DNA of 39,363 nucleotides from Octopus bimaculoides (lineage: Eukaryota), in contig NC_068993.1 of NCBI RefSeq assembly GCF_001194135.2, positions 16,254,300-16,293,662 of the forward strand, written 5' to 3'. A program made the position numbers and the translations under genes. Every line of letters begins with the position of its first letter. The stretch's first letter is position 1. Positions 36,073 to 39,363 of this stretch are shown one piece after another. The notes beneath the pieces were generated by a model, which was not told the origin of the DNA, ran no database searches, and was given only the letters and a program-made list of their open reading frames with translations.

Positions 36073-36323
36073 TTATTTAATAAACAATATATGTTTTACG
36101 TGCTACTATTAGCTTCATGTGCTGAGAACATGCCAAACAGTGTTTTATAACACGTCTGGTGTCCTAGCACAATCAGCGGACACTGCCCACATGGTTGTGC
36201 TATGTGAGAAGCGTCTGGTGATTGTGCTGGCACACCAGATGTGTTATAAAACACTGTTTAGCATGTTCTCAACACATGAAACTAATAGAGCACATAAAAA
36301 CATTTTTTATACTTATTAAATAA
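36073..36323. repeat. Hairpin/foldback element of about 250 bp
   Basis: Core arms 36114-36175 and 36219-36280 are reverse complements over 62 bp with about 5 mismatches. Weaker pairing extends to 36073/36323. The loop is 43 nt. Confidence 0.9.
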
Positions 36324-36589
36324 TATTTATCTCTCACCAGATGAAGTACATCTTTCGTTGATCTCACCATCATGAAACAGTACACCGTGTGTGTGTAGGT
36401 GTGTGTGTTGATTCACCAGAAGCGACAAATTGCAGGACTCAATACAAATGTTAAGTATTCTTTAATACATTATGACTGAAAGGCTCCGATGAACACTCAC
36501 ACGCGTACTCGTTGCTTTAAAAACATTAATTAAAAGTATTACTTAAAAGTATCTTTGGGAACATTGCTTAAGCAGCAACCCTGTTTCAT

Positions 36590-36815
36590 GACTTCCTTTC
36601 TAGGCAGTCGGCCATGATGGAGTACCGCGTTGAAGGGTTTTAGTCAAATAAATCGATCCCCGGACTCAGGATAAGGACTTACAATTTTTTAAGCCTGGTA
36701 TATATTCTATCAGTGTCTTTGCCGAACCGCTAAGTTACGGGGTCGTAAACACACCAGTAATGGTTGTCAAGTAGTGGTGGGGGTCTAACACGGACATAAA
36801 GACACATATAGATAC

Positions 36816-36871
<56 letters not shown>

Positions 36872-37020
36872 GACGGGCTTCTTTCAGTTTCCGTCTACCA
36901 AATCTTGATCAGTACAAGGCTATGGTAGAAGACACTTGCTTAAGGTGCCACGCAGTGGGACTGAATCCGGGACCATGTGATTGGGAAGCATGCTTCACAC
37001 TACAAAGCCACGCCTGCACC
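36590..37020 (-). mobile_element. tRNA-derived SINE, family A (near full length)
   Basis: ACGACGGGCTTCTTTCAGTTTCCGTCTACCAAATC, GGTGCCACGCAGTGGGACTGAA and CCGCTAAGTTACGGGG match 12535-12948. The internal tract is (TA)n here. Confidence 0.88.
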
Positions 37021-37612
37021 TGCATATATTATATATGTATGTACGTATGTATGCATGTATGTATGTATGTATGTATATTTGTATACATGTGCCTGTGTGT
37101 ATGCATCTGTATGTGCAGATGTGTACACACACAGAAACACACACACATGCACACGCACATTCGCGTGTCCATACACATACGCACATGCACGAATACCAAC
37201 GTCTCCTGTAAAGCTTCGATTTACCAAGTTCCTCTGATATTGCCCATCCATAGAGATCTAGAATTACTTTATCAAATGTGTCCTTCTATTTTATAACACT
37301 AGATGGGTATTTGAGAGGAGTTCGGCTGCTGTTTGGGCAGCTGTGGAGATCGAAACCCTGATTTACTTTATACCTATCTCAATCTATATCTCTCATCGCC
37401 ATACCTACACACATTCACACAACCCTCCATATATATATATAGATATATATATATATATATATATATACATGCATAACCATCTCCGTCTTACATTCACTAC
37501 CACAACTCTTTATCTTTCCCCTCTTTCTACCCCGCTCTGTCTTCCTCTCTTTCTCTCATTCTTTCTCTCCCTCTCTCCCCTTCCTCTTTACTTCTCTCTC
37601 TATCTCTCTCTC

Positions 37613-37685
<73 letters not shown>

Positions 37686-38271
37686 CTCCGTATGTATATA
37701 TGTGTGTATATATATATATATATANNNNNNNNNNNNNNNNNNNNNNNNNNNNNNNNNNNNNNNNNNNNNNNNNNNNNNNNNNNNNNNNNNNNNNNNNNNN
37801 NNNNNNNNNNNNNNNNNNNNNNNNNNNNNNNNNNNNNNNNNNNNNNNNNNNNNNNNNNNNNNNNNNNNNNNNNNNNNNNNNNNNNNNNNNNNNNNNNNNN
37901 NNNNNNNNNNNNNNNNNNNNNNNNNNNNNNNNNNNNNNNNNNNNNNNNNNNNNNNNNNNNNNNNNNNNNNNNNNNNNNNNNNNNNNNNNNNNNNNNNNNN
38001 NNNNNNNNNNNNNNNNNNNNNNNNNNNNNNNNNNNNNNNNNNNNNNNNNNNNNNNNNNNNNNNNATATATATATTGTCAGTTCAAATAAACGAATAAAAA
38101 ACGAAAAGAAGGAAAACAACGAAGTTGAGGTATACATGTACGTATGTATGTATATATTTATGTATGTATGTATGTATGTATGTATGTATGTATGTATGTA
38201 TGTATATGTGTGTGTGTTTGTGTTTGACTTCCCTTCCTCTCCGATGTCAAAATTTCTTTTATCTTTTCTAA

Positions 38272-38314
<43 letters not shown>

Positions 38315-38566
38315 TCTCTCCCTTTCTTTCTTTCTACAGAAGAACACACAACGCAAACACACGCAAATACTCACACAAATACACACACACAAGCACGCAT
38401 ACACACACACGAACACACACGCATATATATACACATATACACATACGCTCGCACACACACGCATATATATATGTGTGTGTGTGTGTGTGTGTCACTCATA
38501 TGTGTGAGTCTATATATAACACTCACTCACTTTCTCCTTTCCTTCTTCTTCACTTGGCTCACTCTC

Positions 38567-38644
38567 CCTCTCTTTCTCTCTTGCTTCCATTATTCTCTTT
38601 CTTTCTCTCCTCTCTTTCTCTCTTGCTTCCATTATTCTCTTTCT

Positions 38645-38650
<6 letters not shown>
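38567..38650. repeat. Exact 42-bp tandem duplication inside a CT-rich tract
   Basis: CCTCTCTTTCTCTCTTGCTTCCATTATTCTCTTTCTTTCTCT occurs twice. Confidence 0.85.
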
Positions 38651-38723
<73 letters not shown>

Positions 38724-39154
38724 CTCTCTCTCTCTCCCATCGGAACACTTCATTTAATCTAGATGCTAATTAACTTTACTTCGCTTTTTCCGAAATCGTC
38801 TTCCCTCGCTCCATCACCATAACTCTACTCTCTAAATCGCCCCACCTCACGTGCCCACCTCCACAAAATCATTACACATCCACCAAGCCACCCACCCTCC
38901 GTGCTCTATAACTGGATGATCTATATGACACATCTAATAATGTTGTATGTAACTAGCGAAAGAGCATGTTTTATTAGTCAACACTCGATTTACATAAATC
39001 CCAAGGTAGATACAACTGCTACAGCTGCTGCTGGCATGGATTCTATGCTACCAGATATTTTAATGATGCAAACGAACGATAATAAAAATAATTATAATGA
39101 CAATAATAATACTTTCTACTGAAGGCTCAAGGCCAGAAATCTGGTGGAGGGGAC

Positions 39155-39266
39155 CAGTCGATTACATCTACCCCAGTAAGCAGCTGGTACTTATTTTATC
39201 AACTCCGAAAGAATGAAAGGCAAAGTCGGCCTTGGCAGAATTTGAACTCAGGACGTAAAGACGGAA
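39155..39266 (-). mobile_element. Family B SINE fragment
   Basis: GGTACTTATTTTATCAACTCCGAAAGAATGAAAGGCAAAGTCGGCCTTGGCAGAATTTGAACTCAG matches 12247-12410. Confidence 0.85.
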
Positions 39267-39267
39267 A

Positions 39268-39363
39268 GAAGAAGAAGAAGAAGAAGAAGAAGAAGAAGAA
39301 GAAGAAGAAGAAGAAGAAGAAGAAGAAGAAGAAGAAGAAGAAGAAGAAGAAGAAGAAGAAGAA
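39268..39363. repeat. Pure (GAA)n, at least 32 units, running off the window
   Basis: Read directly from the sequence. Confidence 0.97.

Overview
This is animal non-coding DNA dominated by repeats, with about 5.3 kb of N in 14 gaps, most next to microsatellites. The repeat families look like octopus (coleoid cephalopod) repeats; that is from memory, not a search. No protein-coding gene can be named. Almost all ORF-track entries are microsatellite translations or runs through N gaps. Supported content: a decayed mariner (Hsmar1/cecropia-like) transposon, a truncated Tc1 transposase, two eroded GIY-YIG endonuclease remnants of Penelope-like retroelements, about ten copies or fragments of three tRNA-derived SINE families, a TA-flanked MITE, two long foldback elements, SINE-derived minisatellites and large microsatellite fields. 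The most interesting signal is a set of hammerhead-ribozyme-like motifs. At 6097-6583 the ribozyme can only be reconstructed by combining two arms of an inverted repeat: one arm has lost the catalytic core by a 14-nt deletion, and the other runs into a gap. It sits in a terminally redundant unit of about 457 bp that resembles a retrozyme or Penelope pseudo-LTR. A second motif lies in a palindrome at 8250-8355, and two minimal dimer-type motifs lie at 32684-32719 and 33913-33939. A few weak candidate host exons are reported at low confidence.
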